Assembly (NCBI GenBank): GCA_032718475.1
Contig: JAUCBJ010001614.1
Span: 1-49,068, forward strand
Direction: 5' to 3'
Length of the DNA: 49,068 nucleotides
Source: Nemertoderma westbladi
Taxonomy: Eukaryota; Animalia; Xenacoelomorpha
Shown: positions 1 to 10,268 of the stretch, piece after piece
Layout of the letters: every line of letters begins with the position of its first letter
Position numbering within the stretch: position 1 is the stretch's first letter
The notes under the pieces: generated by a model
What the model saw: the letters and a program-made list of their open reading frames with translations, nothing else
Database searches by the model: none
Told to the model about the DNA's origin: nothing
Made by a program: the position numbers and the translations under genes

Positions 1-519
1 CCATAAAGTTAAGCCGATAAGCAATATTGGGGGCCACGAGATTGGGTAATCAACCAACTCGTGCCACCCCAATAAAATGGGAAGGAGAAACACAATGAGG
101 GTCAGGGGCCAAACCCCTAACCCAGAGAGAACAGGTGGAGTGAACGGAAACACTCCAAAGGGCGCCAACAAGGGTATCAACCAATCAGAGGGGGGAAAGG
201 CATCGATTAGGTAGAGTAACAAGGCCAACCGTGCAATATAGCCACTTGGCAGTAATCATTTCAGTTCAGTTATCTCAGTATCATATTGGTGCTAGTTAGG
301 TTAGTTAGTTTAGCTAGGGAAGGACCGGGACTTTAATTACCGTATCCCGCCTTCTGTATACGACAACATTATTCATATACCTATATCTATATACCCTATA
401 TCTATATCAGTTATTATATACGACGAACGACACGAACTCCTTTCACCTTTCATACACACGGCGGGGACGCGTGAACTAAACAACCGGATAAACCGGGATC
501 CTTCCTGGATCCCGTCACA
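1..519 (+). repeat. 5' LTR (first 28 bp lie outside the window)
   Basis: Matches 13563-14081 without indels; two substitutions seen (245 C/G, 389 A/T); ends in ...GTCACA. Confidence 0.97.
180..271 (+). promoter_or_regulatory. Putative LTR Pol II promoter (CCAAT box, TATA-like element, TCAGTT initiators)
   Basis: CCAATC at about 181, CAATATAG at 234-241, and TCAGTT at 261-266 and 266-271, about 25 nt downstream of the TATA-like element. Confidence 0.45.
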
Positions 520-582
520 GTAATTAAACTCAAAGCTGCCGCCCTAGCTAGCTAAACTACCAGCCACCAATCACCAAGCGAG

Positions 583-2271
583 ATGAGCCAGTCGGGAGAG
601 ACAACGCCGACGCGGACCCCGGACGAAGAATTAACGATCCGCGAGGCCGCAACCAGGCGGTACAGGCCCACAACGCCGGACCCATCGGTAACGGGTCATC
701 CGGCAGTCCAGGATGAGGGGGGCCGCCTGGAACCCGAGGTCGAGCCAAGAGAAGGAGAGAGCGAGACGGAGGGAGACGGAGACGAGTCGACACGAGACGT
801 GGGTCGACGTACCGATGTCGCCGGCCAGCCACAGGCCGAGGGCGACGAGCGGCCCACCGAAACGGCGACGGTGGGGCCGACGGTACGACGCCGGACCCGA
901 AGAGACGGAGGAGATGTCGGTACCGATGTCGCCGGCCAGCCACAGGCCGAGAGCGACGAGCGGCCCACCGAAACGGCGACGGTGGGGCCGACGGTACGAC
1001 GCCGGACCCGGAGAGACGGACGAGAGGTCGGCGACGAGGACGTCGGGGTTTCTGATCGACTTCGACGGGCCTACAACGCGACCCGGAGACTATTAGAGGA
1101 GGCCAGAGGAGGGGCGACGATAGACAAGGTAAAACTAAAGAGAAGACTAGGTGAGTCGAATAGACACTTTTATTATCTAATGCGCTTCGGGCAAAGAGGA
1201 CTGGCCGAGGAGAGAGCGAGAGGGGTTGCCGAGGAACTGTATGACTTATGGCGGTATAGGGGTATAGAACCTAGCGTAGTGTACGTAGGGCCGTACTTAG
1301 TCGATGCCCGGGGAGTAAAATTAGTGGGTTGGGAGAGACCTGAGGAGGACGAATCCGAGGTTAACCCCGAGGATTCAGCCTCGTCGGTCGGAGGAAGTTC
1401 CGGGAGGCGGGGGAAGGTTAGTAGGACGGGGAGGCGGAGGGAATCCGTTACAACCGATAAGTCTGCTACATCCTCCGTGAAAGAAAGACGGGTGAGAGAT
1501 ATAAATGCCGCGTACCGTCTCGATTTAATAGAGCAAGGTCAAAGGGAAGTAGGTAGACGGTTAGAGGAGGGGAGAGTGCTGCTAGAGAGGGAAATGGCGT
1601 TGATTAAGGAAACCGGAGAGAGGGCCGAAAGGGCCGCGAGAAGCCTTAGGGAGTGTGAGGAAGTAGGGAGGAAGGAACAAGAAGAGCGCGAGGAGAGAGA
1701 GAAAAACGAGCGCAAAGAGCGTGAGGCGGAACGTAGGGAGCGCGAGGCGAGAGAGAAAACTGAGCGCAAAGAGCGTGAGGCGGAACGTAGGGAACGCGAG
1801 GTGAGAGAGAAAAATGAGCGCGAAGAGCGTGAGGCGGAACGTAGGGAACGTGAGGCGAAAGAGGAAAACGAGTGCAGAGAGCGCGAGGAGAGGAGGGAAA
1901 ATGAACGCAGAGAGCGCGAGGAGAGGGAGGAAAACGAACGCAGGGAGCGTGAGGCGAGACGAAGGGAGGGGGCTAGAAGAGAGTTGGAATTGGCCGAACG
2001 GGACGCACGGGAGTGTAAAGAGAGGATGGCAAGGAAGGAGTGTGAGCAAAAGGAACTAGAGAAACGTCAAGGTGAGCTTACAGGGTACAAAGCTGTACAT
2101 ACGCGCGAACGGGAATTGGCGCGAGTAGGGGCGTCTGAGAGTGGGACTAGCTCGAGTATTTTCGAGGAGCCAGGGGCCGTGGATACATTTATTAATATCC
2201 CACTTACAGGGACCGCACGACAGACCCAAGACTGGTGTGACCATACGGGCGGGGGGGGGGGGGGGGGGTAA
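583..2271 (+). CDS. Gag-pol N-terminal segment: low-complexity region, 111-bp duplication, E/R-rich coiled coil
   Basis: First ATG after the 5' LTR; 562-aa ORF that stops just after a G18 run, where another frame continues; 111-bp tandem duplication starting at 809 and 920; EREAERRE repeats at about 1690-1970. Confidence 0.7.
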   Translation: MSQSGETTPTRTPDEELTIREAATRRYRPTTPDPSVTGHPAVQDEGGRLEPEVEPREGESETEGDGDESTRDVGRRTDVAGQPQAEGDERPTETATVGPTVRRRTRRDGGDVGTDVAGQPQAESDERPTETATVGPTVRRRTRRDGREVGDEDVGVSDRLRRAYNATRRLLEEARGGATIDKVKLKRRLGESNRHFYYLMRFGQRGLAEERARGVAEELYDLWRYRGIEPSVVYVGPYLVDARGVKLVGWERPEEDESEVNPEDSASSVGGSSGRRGKVSRTGRRRESVTTDKSATSSVKERRVRDINAAYRLDLIEQGQREVGRRLEEGRVLLEREMALIKETGERAERAARSLRECEEVGRKEQEEREEREKNERKEREAERREREAREKTERKEREAERREREVREKNEREEREAERREREAKEENECREREERRENERREREEREENERREREARRREGARRELELAERDARECKERMARKECEQKELEKRQGELTGYKAVHTRERELARVGASESGTSSSIFEEPGAVDTFINIPLTGTARQTQDWCDHTGGGGGGG

Positions 2272-3925
2272 TAATAATGCTATAGTAGACATCGTTAATA
2301 TTAATAGTACCGTATGGGATAACTCTAACCAAACCTTTATTGCAGCGAATAATGCTTTACCTAGTAGCAGTAATTTAAATTTAAGTACAAATAATAATTT
2401 CAATTTGAACGTGCAAAATAATTCAAATAATTTAAATAATGATCCAAGTCCGAATTTACAAAATAATTCAAATGATTTTGTTTCAAACGAACAAATTAAT
2501 TCCGTTTCCAATATGGGTGCTATTAACATGAACACGTTGGGCGTGTATGGCCAGGCAGACGGGGGCCTGGTAGGCCGTACAATTGGTAGGTCAGAAGTGG
2601 CGGGATTGAGCCAACCCAGAGAGGGCCTGGTAGGCCACGTAGTTGATAGGCAGGGAGCGGCTGGGTTGGACAGACCCAGCGAGGGCCTGGTAGGCAACGT
2701 AGTTGGTAGGCAGGGAGTAGAGGGCCTGGTAGGCCACGCAATAGCAGAGGGGGAGGCGGGGGTGAATAGACCCGACCGCGGTAGGGTTGATGTGTCGACT
2801 AGAGAGGGATATAGTAGCGGGGTGAGGGATAGCGAAGTTAGATGTGGCGAGTGGGGGGGGCTACAGGGGCCCCACAACAGCGAGTTAGCGGCGAAAGGGG
2901 GGGGGGGCAGGGAGTGCTCCACAGCCGTCAGCGGACAATGCGCGGGCCGAAATAGGTAAACCACAACATCCGGCGATGGAGAGTAATAGGGGGATTGCGA
3001 GTATCCCCAGCGGCGTGCGACCGAGCAGAGAGAGACAGGTTGACGTCGCGAGAGGGCGGACGAAACGTCGAGCCCGATCAGAAGAGGGAAGAAGAACAGT
3101 GGGGTTTAACCGGGAGGTCGACGAGAGATCTCACGAGCGGGAATACTACACTGGAGGGAGAGGAAGAGAAGACAGTAGTAAAAGTATCGCCGCGAACGAT
3201 AGAAGAGCGAGGACGGATAGCGAGCCGTCGGTAGTCGAGATGAGAACGGAGAGTCAGTGGGGTCGGACTCCGGGAGATTGCCGTCGCCCCGGAGAGATGC
3301 GACCTGGTGAGGTGCATTATGCGCCGATGGAGGGGTACGCGATGTACCGGTACGAGGACGAGAACAGTAGAGAGGGAGGTCGAAGAGAAACTTTCCGACG
3401 GAATGTACCTACCGATCGAGAATACGGTAGCCGCGGGGAGGATTATTCGAGAAGAATAAACTTCGATCCCGAGCGACACATGCAGACTGTAGGACATACT
3501 GTAGGCCTTACTGCACATACCATAGGCCATACTGAGAGAAGCAATGTAGGCGATAGGATAGCGCGGACAACGGGATTAAACCCGGAAGTCGCGGAATACA
3601 TACCGACGGGTAGGCCAGAAGCTGATAGGCCTATACCGGTACCAGTACAGCAGTATGACTACAGCATGCAGGGACATAACATATACCCAGGGGAGGGGGG
3701 AATTATTGCGGATAGGTGTATGGGCCCCAACATATTAACATCAACCCCAGTACCAAACATACCGGTGGGGGGGGGGGGGGGGGACAGGGTGACATTCCCC
3801 CATCACAATATCAACAATATACCCCGATAGGAGCAAGAACAACGAGACCCTTGGATGAAAATAGGTCGTGTGACACGACCGCTACCCCCGATGACATACC
3901 CAAGTCAAAGAAGATCAAGAAATAG
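2269..3925 (+). pseudogene. Middle of gag, split by frameshifts at poly-G runs
   Basis: Successive open frames (2141-2959, about 2907-3830, 3716-3925) switch at G18 (2251-2268), G11 (2897-2907) and G17 (3767-3783); N-rich and G/R-rich low-complexity peptide. Confidence 0.55.
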
Positions 3926-4927
3926 GACGGACGAACCGCACCAGACAGGAGAAACTATACAGCATCCATCGAACCCATTGGAAGTGCAGGCGATGGGGAT
4001 GGCCACGTTGATCGATGCGTTGAAAACGAGGATCGAGTTACCACCCATGGAACCATTCAAATTCGATGGGAGTAGGCCGGAAGAATATCTACAGTTTCGG
4101 CGCATGTATAGTAACGAAATACTAACAAAAAACTTGACGCAGGCGGAGTGCCTAAAGTATCTGCAATATACACGGGAGGCCCAGCATACGATATCGTGAG
4201 GCAATATCAAGGAATAGAGGGCGGCTTCACGACAGCGTGGCGGGCACTGGACAGGGAATACGGGCACCCGGCCAAGATCATCAGACAGACACTGAGAGGC
4301 ATAACATCGGGTGGCCTACAGGATAATCCTGTTAGCATTAAGACGTTCGCTAACAAAGTCGAAAAGGCGCTAATCGTGCTGAAGACGCTAGACGCGCCAT
4401 ACGAGCTCAACGCGTCCAATAACATCACCACGATAGCACAGGCACTACCGAACTGGCTGCGCAACAAGTGGAGGAAGATCGCTTTATCCACTCGAGACGA
4501 GAAGGGTGTGGAACCGGGTTTAGAAGAAATGTCAAGCTTCTTAAACTACGAGGCTGAACTAATAACTGACCCAGTCTATAGCGAAGATAGCCTGGGAAAG
4601 GGACCGAAGACGGATTACCATAGACCGAAACCAGAGCACAATACATCAAACGCATTACCGAGGCTCAGGCAATCATTGCCATATGCAGCGACGCAGGGGA
4701 CTGCAAGTCCACAGCTAGCCGAAGATAAGACAACACCATGGAACGGACAGGGGAATAATAACAACATAAATAAATAAAACCCCAGTACGTCCAGTAGGAC
4801 GAATCCAAACAATAAGAATAGTAGGGACTTTGGTACAAACGCAGCTGCGATACGCAATGCACTGTATAAAGAGGGCTACGACCCAAAGAGCAAATGCCAG
4901 CTACACGCAAATGCGCTTCATCAAACC
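3855..4927 (+). pseudogene. Bel/Pao Gag core (DUF1759-like capsid) and start of the nucleocapsid region, disrupted
   Basis: IELPPMEPFKFDGSRPEEYLQF...LKYL, then YTGGPA...AWRALDREYGHP...LPNWLRNKW; frameshift near 4170; a single in-frame TAA at 4775-4777, after which the frame runs into pol through CQLHANALHQTMNC. Confidence 0.8.
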
Positions 4928-7900
4928 ATGAACTGCAGGTACTGGCAGGCGCTACCTAGGCAAGATCAGATAGATTATGCGTTGAGCAACAATATCTGCT
5001 CGCGATGTGTAATGAGTGGACATAGAGCAAGGGAGTGCAAGGAGAAGCCGGTAAAGTTTGGTCAGAGGAGAGGCCAGACGATGGCGACGAGCACAGTAGG
5101 GGCAAAGAAGAGAGGAACGGTGTTACTTGGAGTAGTACCCGTGCGAGTGATTGGGGAGGGTAATCGATCAGTAACAACACTAATGCTGGTTGATAGTGGA
5201 GCTGCCTTCACATTAGTCGAGGAATGGGTGGCCGAAGAGATAGGATTGAGAACAAGGCCAAGCAGAATGGCAGTAACAACCATCTCTAGCAAAGATGAGA
5301 TCCTGGAGATGAGAACAGGACGGTGCGCAATTGCAGCGGTGGCACCGGGATGCGACTATGGGGCAACCATCGACCCCATCCAAGTGATAGAGTCAATTAA
5401 TATCAATACCAGGCGGCCAACCAACATCGAGGTCGAGCAATATAAATTCCTGGACGACATTGACTTCTCAATCCCAGATGTGGACGTTAGGAAGGTATCC
5501 ATCATAGTAGGAATGGATTGCCCAACGGCCCACGAAAGAATGCAAACGGTCTTCGGCGAAGACAAGCAGTGTGACCCGGTGGCGATATTAACACCATTCG
5601 GGTGGACGCTGAGTGGCCCAATCAAGAGTAAGATACCATTTAGGATGTCGGAGACATCAGGATGCATGTCCGCGGGAACAATGCAGGAAATGGGTGATGA
5701 GGGAGCAGAGGAGCAGCTTAAAAGACTGCTCAGGCAAGATTTCGAGGGACTAAAAGAGACCGGGGTCGGGACCTCGGTAGAAGACAAGCAGGCTTTACAA
5801 AGCGTGGAGGAATCGATGACATGCAATGAGGGGCGGTATACTATAGGAATGGTATGGAAACTACCGAAGATACCGCTGCCCGATAATAGAGGGATGGTAC
5901 TCACGAGACTCCGCAAGCTGAAACAAACACTAAAACGGAGCCCCGAGAAGAATGAGTACATCCACAGAACGATTAAGAAGTACGTCGAGAAAGGATGGGC
6001 AGTGGAGTTACCGGTCGACGAGCCGAACACGGACAGGACATATTACCTGCCACTCCACGTGGCTTTAGACCCAAAGAAAGGTAAACTACGGATGGTAGTC
6101 GACGCATCGGCAAAGACCGACGGAAAATGCTTAAACGACTACCTGTTAGAAGGCCCAAACATATACAACTCGGGCATAGAGGTCCTACTTAGATTTAGGA
6201 ATGGGAAACACGCCTTCACGTGTGACATAGAAGGCATGTTCAACCAAGTCCGTGTAACGGAGGAAGATAGCGACAGTCAGCGCTTCTTATGGTATAACGG
6301 CGAGGAAGAACCGTCGATAATACCGGCATATAAGATGGTAGTACAAAACATGGGGGCCAAGTCGTCTTCATTTACGACGACTATGGCAGTGAGAGACACA
6401 GTGAAGGGGAAGGAAGATAGATACAGCACTAGGGCCGTCGATATGATTCAACGCGGCTTCTACGTAGACGACGGAATGGAGTCTGGAAATATGGTTAAGG
6501 AGATACTGGACACGGGGCGCGAGGTTCGCGACATCCTAAAAGGATCCGGCTTTAACCTGACCAAATTCCAATCCAGTTCGGAAGAATTTATCAAGGCAAT
6601 AGAGGACAGGAGGCCAGAATCGACCATGGATAATCCCACAACCGCCAAAGGGCAGGACATGGCGATTAAGAGAACAGAATCTCAACAGAAGGCATTGGGA
6701 ATCGTGTGGAACAGAGAGACAGACGAACTGAAGTATCAGCTGAGCCAGGAGGGCGCAGACATCCACACGAAGAGGGGCTATGTATCGTATATAGCAAGGA
6801 TATACGATCCCCTAGGCCTAGCATCCCCATTATTAGTCACGGGGAAACAGATACTCAAGAGAGTATACAAATTGAAGGATGAGTGGGACGTAGAGGTACC
6901 AGAGGAAATCAAGAAACAATGGAGTAAGTGGACAGGAGACTTGGAGAAGATGGGAACATACAACATGCCACGAGTGTATTTCCTGGATGGGAACATGACG
7001 AACCTGGACCTGCACATGTTCTCCAATGCGTCGTTGGAGGCGTACGGAGCGGCACTCTACTTAGTGCAACGAGAGGGGGCTCATAAGCCCAGACTAGCCT
7101 TTAGCAAAGCGAAGTCAACGCTGTCAGATTCAGCATCAGTTCCCAAATTAGAATTGACAGCTGCGAGACTAGGAGTTAGAGCCACAGCCTACCTAGTGGA
7201 TACTATTCCCAACATAGTGGAGACACACTACTGGACGGACTCCATGGTAGTACTTGGTTGGCTACATAACGAAAGGACGAGATACCCAATATTTGTCGCA
7301 AATAGAGTGGACGAAATAAGGGCGACCACAGAACTGGAAAGGTGGCACTACTGCCCAACGGACGAGAACCCAGCGGACTTGTTGTCGAGGGGCGTGGTAC
7401 GCCACACTTTCTTGAAGAAGGAAGTATTGTGGCAACATGGGCCACAATTTCTGAGCGATAAGGAGGCCTGGCCGCCGATGAGAAAGGTGGACCCGGGCTC
7501 AGAAGTGGTGTCAGAGGGAGAAGAGGGAGATTCAGAGGGAGAAGAGATATACTCCCAGATGGTGAGGGAGATTAGGGACGTGCAACCAAAATCAGAAGAA
7601 CTGTGCGGTAACCCGACGGATAAACTCCTCAGCTACAGTTCTAGTTGGTATAAGACCAAGAAACTAGTGGCGTACTGGAGAGCCTTCGGGAATTTCCTCG
7701 CGGGAGTTGGCAGAGACAAGAAGATCAGGACATCCATAGATCTGGAAGGAGCGGCAAAGGCAATCATCCGCTATGAACAACAGAAGAACTACGGCGACGA
7801 GGTAGAACGTGTCGGTAACCAACAACACCTCCGACGGGACAGCGAGCTGATCACGCTGTCGCCACAACTTAATGACGACGGGATTCTAGTAATGAACTCT

Positions 7901-9088
7901 AGGGTGGGATACAACAACAGCATAATCGTACCACCGAAACCCATCATCATTCCAACAGGATCGCCAATAGTTCACCAGATTATCTGGGACTCCCACAAGT
8001 CGATATTGCACGGGGGCACCAACCGAACCCTCACCGAGATAAGGAGGACCTTTTGGGTCAAACAGTTGAGGAAGAAGGTAAAAGCGGTGGTGGGGCAGTG
8101 CCAGACCTGCCGACGAGCGAAGAAGGAGCGAGCCATACAAGAGATGGCGCCACTACCAGCGAGTAGGGTAAGACAGCACGACCTGCCATTTACGCATTGC
8201 GGTGTGGACATGTTCGGGCCGATAAAGATCAAGGTGATGCGGCACACGGAGAAACGCTACGGTATCATCTTCGTATGTAACAACACGCGGGCGGTAGGGA
8301 TAGAACTCGCCCAAGATGCAACCGCATCAGCATTCATTAATGCCTTAGAAAGGTTCAGGGACCGCAAAGGTGGGACGATCGCAGTGATATACAGCGACAA
8401 CGGGACCAACTTTGTGGGCGCAGAGAATGAGATGGCAGAGGCCTTGGACATCCTGGAAGGAGAAGAAGTCAGGGCAGCCATGAGACGACGACAAGTAAAG
8501 TGGGAGAGAAGGACACCGTATGCACCACATACGCTAGGGTGCGTCGAGAGACTGGTGGGCAGTTCAAAGCGTCTTATGACGAAGCTAATGAACACCCACA
8601 TGGTCACTGAGGACGTCTTACGGACAGTGCTTGCGAAGTGCGAGGGGATCATTAATAGCAGACCGCTATACCCGGAGAATGATGACCCTGAGTCATTAGA
8701 CGTGCTGACGCCTAGCCATTTCCTGATGGAAAGGCCAGCGACCATCGATATGCGGGGTGTAGACCCAGATGACATACACTCCCGCCAAAGTTGGAAAGCC
8801 GCTAAAGCAATAAGCGCAGAGTATTGGAGGAGGTGGGTAGAGGAATACCTACCCACACTCCATAAAAGGAGTAAGTGGAGGAAGCCAAATAGGGAGTTAA
8901 GAGAGGGAGATCTCGTAATCGTTACGGATGATACTATCATCAACAACCAGTGGCGGTTGGCGAGAGTTGTAGGCACTTACTCCGACGAGGACGGAAGAGT
9001 CCGATCGGTAGAAGTGCGGATACGTGGTAAGATAGGTGCGAAGGACAGAAAAACCTACAGGAGAGCAGTAGGAAATGCTGTCTGTTAG
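4928..9088 (+). CDS. pol: Pol polyprotein: CCHC knuckle, aspartic protease, reverse transcriptase, RNase H, integrase (Bel/Pao)
   Basis: CSRCVMSGHRAREC; protease LVDSGA; RT CDIEGMFNQV and FYVDD; RNase H LHMFSNAS, LEL, WTDS, NPAD; integrase H..LHGG...CQTC, GVDMFGP, SDNG, CVERLVG; C-terminal WRRW..EYL and WRLARV. Confidence 0.96.
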   Translation: MNCRYWQALPRQDQIDYALSNNICSRCVMSGHRARECKEKPVKFGQRRGQTMATSTVGAKKRGTVLLGVVPVRVIGEGNRSVTTLMLVDSGAAFTLVEEWVAEEIGLRTRPSRMAVTTISSKDEILEMRTGRCAIAAVAPGCDYGATIDPIQVIESININTRRPTNIEVEQYKFLDDIDFSIPDVDVRKVSIIVGMDCPTAHERMQTVFGEDKQCDPVAILTPFGWTLSGPIKSKIPFRMSETSGCMSAGTMQEMGDEGAEEQLKRLLRQDFEGLKETGVGTSVEDKQALQSVEESMTCNEGRYTIGMVWKLPKIPLPDNRGMVLTRLRKLKQTLKRSPEKNEYIHRTIKKYVEKGWAVELPVDEPNTDRTYYLPLHVALDPKKGKLRMVVDASAKTDGKCLNDYLLEGPNIYNSGIEVLLRFRNGKHAFTCDIEGMFNQVRVTEEDSDSQRFLWYNGEEEPSIIPAYKMVVQNMGAKSSSFTTTMAVRDTVKGKEDRYSTRAVDMIQRGFYVDDGMESGNMVKEILDTGREVRDILKGSGFNLTKFQSSSEEFIKAIEDRRPESTMDNPTTAKGQDMAIKRTESQQKALGIVWNRETDELKYQLSQEGADIHTKRGYVSYIARIYDPLGLASPLLVTGKQILKRVYKLKDEWDVEVPEEIKKQWSKWTGDLEKMGTYNMPRVYFLDGNMTNLDLHMFSNASLEAYGAALYLVQREGAHKPRLAFSKAKSTLSDSASVPKLELTAARLGVRATAYLVDTIPNIVETHYWTDSMVVLGWLHNERTRYPIFVANRVDEIRATTELERWHYCPTDENPADLLSRGVVRHTFLKKEVLWQHGPQFLSDKEAWPPMRKVDPGSEVVSEGEEGDSEGEEIYSQMVREIRDVQPKSEELCGNPTDKLLSYSSSWYKTKKLVAYWRAFGNFLAGVGRDKKIRTSIDLEGAAKAIIRYEQQKNYGDEVERVGNQQHLRRDSELITLSPQLNDDGILVMNSRVGYNNSIIVPPKPIIIPTGSPIVHQIIWDSHKSILHGGTNRTLTEIRRTFWVKQLRKKVKAVVGQCQTCRRAKKERAIQEMAPLPASRVRQHDLPFTHCGVDMFGPIKIKVMRHTEKRYGIIFVCNNTRAVGIELAQDATASAFINALERFRDRKGGTIAVIYSDNGTNFVGAENEMAEALDILEGEEVRAAMRRRQVKWERRTPYAPHTLGCVERLVGSSKRLMTKLMNTHMVTEDVLRTVLAKCEGIINSRPLYPENDDPESLDVLTPSHFLMERPATIDMRGVDPDDIHSRQSWKAAKAISAEYWRRWVEEYLPTLHKRSKWRKPNRELREGDLVIVTDDTIINNQWRLARVVGTYSDEDGRVRSVEVRIRGKIGAKDRKTYRRAVGNAVC

Positions 9089-9270
9089 AAGGGGCACCTT
9101 AGTGGAGTTGGTAATGAGTTTAGTCGTCCAAGCTTTGGACTGAGGGGCGTGGGATTGAGGGCGAGACGCCCTTCCCACACATAAAAATAGAAAATAAAAA
9201 TAGAAAATAAAAATAAAATAATAGTACATAGTAGGTACGCAGTTAGTAGGCAGAAGTTAGTCAGTAAGAA

Positions 9271-9790
9271 GGTACGTAGTACCTAGAGTTAGTCAGTTAG
9301 TTAGGAGGTACGTAGTACCGCTAGTTAAGTAGAGAGTTAGAGGGTACGTAGTACCGTTAGTTAGAGGAGAGTTAGAAGGTACGTAGTACCTAGAGTTAGT
9401 CAGTTAGTTAGGAGGTACGTAGTACCGCTAGTTAAGTAGAGAGTTAGAGGGTACATAGTACCGTTAGTTAGAGGAGAGTCAGAGGGTACGTAGTACCGTT
9501 AGTTAGAGAAGAGTTAGAGGGTACGTAGTACCGTTAGTTAGAGAGTTAGAGGGTACGTAGTACCGTTAGTTAGAGGAGAGTTAGAGGGTACGTAGTACCA
9601 TTAGTTAGAGAAGAGTCAGAGGGTATGTAGTACCGTTAGTTAGAGAAGAGTTAGAGGGTACGTAGTACCGTTAGTTAGAGAAGAGTTAGAGGGTACGTAG
9701 TACCATTAGTTAGAGAGTTAGAGGGTACGTAGTACCGTTAGTTAGAGAGTTAGAGGGTACGTAGTACCGTTAGTTAGAGCAGAGTTAGAG
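9271..9790 (+). repeat. Tandem array of about 15 units of 32-36 bp with a GGTAC-GTA-GTACC hairpin, between pol and ORF3
   Basis: Consensus AGAGTTAGAGGGTACGTAGTACCGTTAGTTAG(AGA) read repeatedly. Confidence 0.92.
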
Positions 9791-10268
9791 GTAGAAGGGT
9801 ATATAAGATATAGATATTAGTTAGCAGTTAGTAGCGAGAGGGGGGGCATATGAGTACAGTTGGATAGATCGTGTAGGCCGCGCGACATATACTGCTGTAC
9901 TGCACAGGCCCACAGAGTAGGCCAGAATGTGGATTAGAGAAAAGAACAATCCATAGGCAATAGTAAGTAGTAGGACAGTAGAATTAAAATTAAAATTAAA
10001 TTAAAATTAAATAGAATAGGGCTGAAAGTTACAAATAATGGCAACACAAAGAAAGTTATTCTGGAACATAATAAAAGTAACGGACAGAAATTGTAAATTA
10101 GGCTCATTTACTAGCTTCAAAATTAATTAGTTATAATTTAGGTTAAAAGGCGCAGTTAAGTAAGGAATAGGCCATTATCGGACCGTACAGAACATCCTAG
10201 ATACATCACTCATCTGTATTGCGCCTTGGTAAGGCACCACCTTGCAGGTGAGCGAGTGAGTGTTCGGA

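Noticed and set aside
71-76. AATAAA as the LTR poly(A) signal
   Set aside because: It lies upstream of the putative TATA/initiator, so using it would leave no R region; the true poly(A) site cannot be assigned from sequence.
9271-9790. CRISPR-like appearance (palindromic repeats with about 35-bp period)
   Set aside because: The intervening sequences are near-identical rather than unique spacers, there are no cas genes, and the context is a eukaryotic retrotransposon.
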